The position numbers and the translations under genes are program-made. Below, one piece after another: positions 61,963 through 64,000 of a stretch of DNA of 64,000 nucleotides. How positions within the stretch are numbered: position 1 is the first letter of the stretch; every line of letters starts with the position of its first letter. Under the pieces are notes generated by a model that was not told where the DNA came from, searched no databases, and saw nothing but the letters and a program-made list of their open reading frames with translations. Origin of the DNA: Nitrospirales bacterium (lineage in GTDB: Bacteria; Nitrospirota; Nitrospiria; Nitrospirales; UBA8639); assembly GCA_965223295.1 (NCBI GenBank), contig CBDCWC010000003.1, positions 480,001-544,000 on the forward strand, given 5' to 3'.

Positions 61963-62886
61963 ATGCCTCCGATTATAGCCTTTCTCACTCCGCTTCTCAT
62001 CGTTCTTGGCATCGTGCTCTTTGCCATCACGCTTCCGTTTTGGCGCAGAGACCCCTCCCCGATTTCATTTGGATTAGACGATAACCAGGAACAAGAATAT
62101 GCCGACCTCCAGGTCGAACGTGGAGTCCTGAATCAATCCTTACAAGAACTAGAAATGGAACGCGCCGCTGGCCGGATGGAACTAGCTGACTATGAGCGGT
62201 TGAAAGCCACAGACGAACATCGACTGCTACATGTCTTGGATCGCTTAGAAGTCCTCAAAGGCTCAAGGGAGGGCGATGCCAGTCATGATCAAGAACCCAC
62301 CCAACGGCAAAAAGGCTGGGGGCCGGCTATTGCTTCGGGGTTAGTCGTCATGCTGGCGTCTGTTGGGCTTTACACCATTTTGCAGATTCAAGCCGCACAA
62401 AAATTGATGGCCGTCGAGGAACAAATGGGCGGCGGCCCTAACCCCATGGAAATGGTCGCCAAATTGGAAGCACGGCTGAAAGAAAACCCCAATGATGTAC
62501 AGGGACAAATCATGGCCGGACGCTCATATCAAGCGTTGGGCCGGACGGCTGAGGCTCAGAAGGCTTGGGCCAAAGTCTTAGAGTTAGACCCCAAACAACA
62601 TGAAGCCCGATACAATTATGGTGTGCTTCTTATTGATTCCCGAAAAATCGATGATCCAAAAATTTTCCAAGAAGCACTCGATCATTTTGATATGGTTCTT
62701 GCCGATCTACCTAATCAACCAGCCGTGAATTGGTACCGTGGCATCGCCCTCTGGTATTTAGACCGGAAACAAGAAACCGATGAAGCGTGGTCACTCGCCG
62801 CTCAAAATATGGAACCCGGCAGTCAGGATCTCGCTTTCGTCAAAGAATCCCTCACCAAACTCCGCGCCGGCCAAGAACCGTTTTAA
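61963..62886 (+). CDS. ccmI: CcmI/CycH-like TPR protein
   Basis: N-terminal TM, LQELEME...G, second TM, LEARLKENPND plus TPRs. Confidence 0.82.
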   Translation: MPPIIAFLTPLLIVLGIVLFAITLPFWRRDPSPISFGLDDNQEQEYADLQVERGVLNQSLQELEMERAAGRMELADYERLKATDEHRLLHVLDRLEVLKGSREGDASHDQEPTQRQKGWGPAIASGLVVMLASVGLYTILQIQAAQKLMAVEEQMGGGPNPMEMVAKLEARLKENPNDVQGQIMAGRSYQALGRTAEAQKAWAKVLELDPKQHEARYNYGVLLIDSRKIDDPKIFQEALDHFDMVLADLPNQPAVNWYRGIALWYLDRKQETDEAWSLAAQNMEPGSQDLAFVKESLTKLRAGQEPF

Positions 62887-62960
62887 ACTGAAAAACTCCA
62901 GTACCCCTACCATCACACCTGTGGCCTTGGAATAGGGCTATAAGCCTAAAAATCCCTGCT

Positions 62961-62997
62961 TTGACTAAACTAAGTTTATAGTTTACTATTAAACTAT
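62961..62997 (+). promoter_or_regulatory. Sigma-70 promoter overlapped by operator palindromes
   Basis: TTGACT (62961)-N17-TACTAT (62984); palindromes TAAAC-TAA-GTTTA and ATAGTTTA-CTAT-TAAACTAT. Confidence 0.65.
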
Positions 62998-63241
62998 GAT
63001 AAAATTGAATATTCACGAGGCTAAAACCCATCTTTCCCGCTACCTCGAAAAGCTGAAAAAAGGGGAAACCATTGTGCTCTGCAAACGCAATGAACCCATT
63101 GCGGAGATTCGACCATTGCCCGTTCGGTCACACCGCAAACGTCCTATTGGCTTAGCCAAAGGACAACTTTCGATTCCTAAAGGATTTTTTGACCCCCTCC
63201 CCGAAGAAATCATTCAGGCCTTTCATGCTCAGTCATCATGA
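62996..63241 (+). CDS. Phd/YefM family antitoxin
   Basis: NIHEAKTHLSRYLE....GETIV...RNEPIAEI; FFDPLPEE. Confidence 0.92.
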   Translation: MIKLNIHEAKTHLSRYLEKLKKGETIVLCKRNEPIAEIRPLPVRSHRKRPIGLAKGQLSIPKGFFDPLPEEIIQAFHAQSS

Positions 63242-63624
63242 ACCTGCTATTGGATACTTGCACGTTTCTCTGGATCGTGACCGACGACGATGCTCTTTCA
63301 CCAGAAAGTCGAAAGCTGATTAGCGATCCCACCAATGAAGTTTTTTTAAGTGCCATATCGTTTTGGGAAATTATGCTCAAAAACTCATTGGGGAAACTTC
63401 CGCTCCCGACCCCATTAGAACAATTTCTTTCTACGCAACGTGCACGGCATCATATTGAAGCCCTCCCTGTACAAGAAGAAGCTACGGTCCATTTACCCAA
63501 ACTCCCTGCTCTACATAAAGATCCCTTCGATCGCATGTTGATTTGCCAAGCCATCCAGCATGAACTCACCATTCTCACGCCCGACCCCTTAATCACCCAA
63601 TACGCCATTCGCACAGTCTGGTAA
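63238..63624 (+). CDS. vapC: VapC (PIN domain) toxin
   Basis: LLLDTCTFLW, SAISFWE, HKDPFDRMLI.QA; ATGA overlap with the antitoxin. Confidence 0.93.
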   Translation: MNLLLDTCTFLWIVTDDDALSPESRKLISDPTNEVFLSAISFWEIMLKNSLGKLPLPTPLEQFLSTQRARHHIEALPVQEEATVHLPKLPALHKDPFDRMLICQAIQHELTILTPDPLITQYAIRTVW

Positions 63625-63679
63625 ATTTTCACTTACGAATCTGTCCTCAGATATGAGGACCATAAGCTTAAAATGGAGT

Positions 63680-64000
63680 TTAAGTAACGGACGCTTGTTC
63701 GAGATGAGATTGAGAAGGAGTCCAACCAGTGAGTTCGCGAAACGCAATGGATATGACGGCCACTTCAACTGGAGTAAAAAGAAACTGCACAAAAGGCGGA
63801 AGAAAAGCACTGAACAACGGAAATTCCGAAAACCCGATGAAGGGCAACAGATTTCCAAGGTTACCCACGGTCATTGGAAGAAACCCCACCAAAAAAATAT
63901 TTGCCAGGCGTTTGCTTTTGTCTGCTTCCACGACCACTCTGGGTTTGGGGCTCGATCAATAGCAATAGCTGGGAAGATTAGAATCCCTCTGCCAAACAGG
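63680..64000 (-). pseudogene. 3' part of a membrane protein gene, apparently frameshifted; truncated by the window end
   Basis: One frame reads ...ILIFPAIAIDRAPNPEWSWKQTKANAWQIF; it continues as LVGFLPMTVG...ISIAFRELTG in another frame across A7 at 63891-63897. Confidence 0.5.

Overview
Bacterial chromosomal window, about 49-50% GC by eye. Gene content and style suggest Nitrospirota/Nitrospirales (inference; no marker search run). It is mostly housekeeping: cstA, yajQ, smc, ygfZ-like, a TPP-riboswitch thiC-thi4 operon divergent from nadA, ileS-lspA, two tatA-family genes, ispH, fabH, bamD, ccdA-tlpA and a System I cytochrome c maturation operon. That ccm operon is split between ccmB and ccmC by a ~6.4 kb block (lhgO, cysNC-cysD, a frameshifted collagen-like gene) and contains an unusual His-less CcmE/CcmD-like fusion. 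An accessory surface locus at 30.4-37.4 kb encodes a PEP-CTERM protein, a 912-aa FecR-domain protein, an HExxH lipoprotein and a TPR + Slam-like beta-barrel. Intergenic DNA carries at least five families of palindromic dispersed repeats. The most striking is a modular 120-200 bp element (6 copies plus one relative) whose terminal stem co-varies between copies while keeping one mismatch; one copy lies between the TPP riboswitch and thiC. A Phd/VapC toxin-antitoxin pair and a partial frameshifted gene close the window. No tRNA, rRNA, CRISPR array or transposase was recognised.
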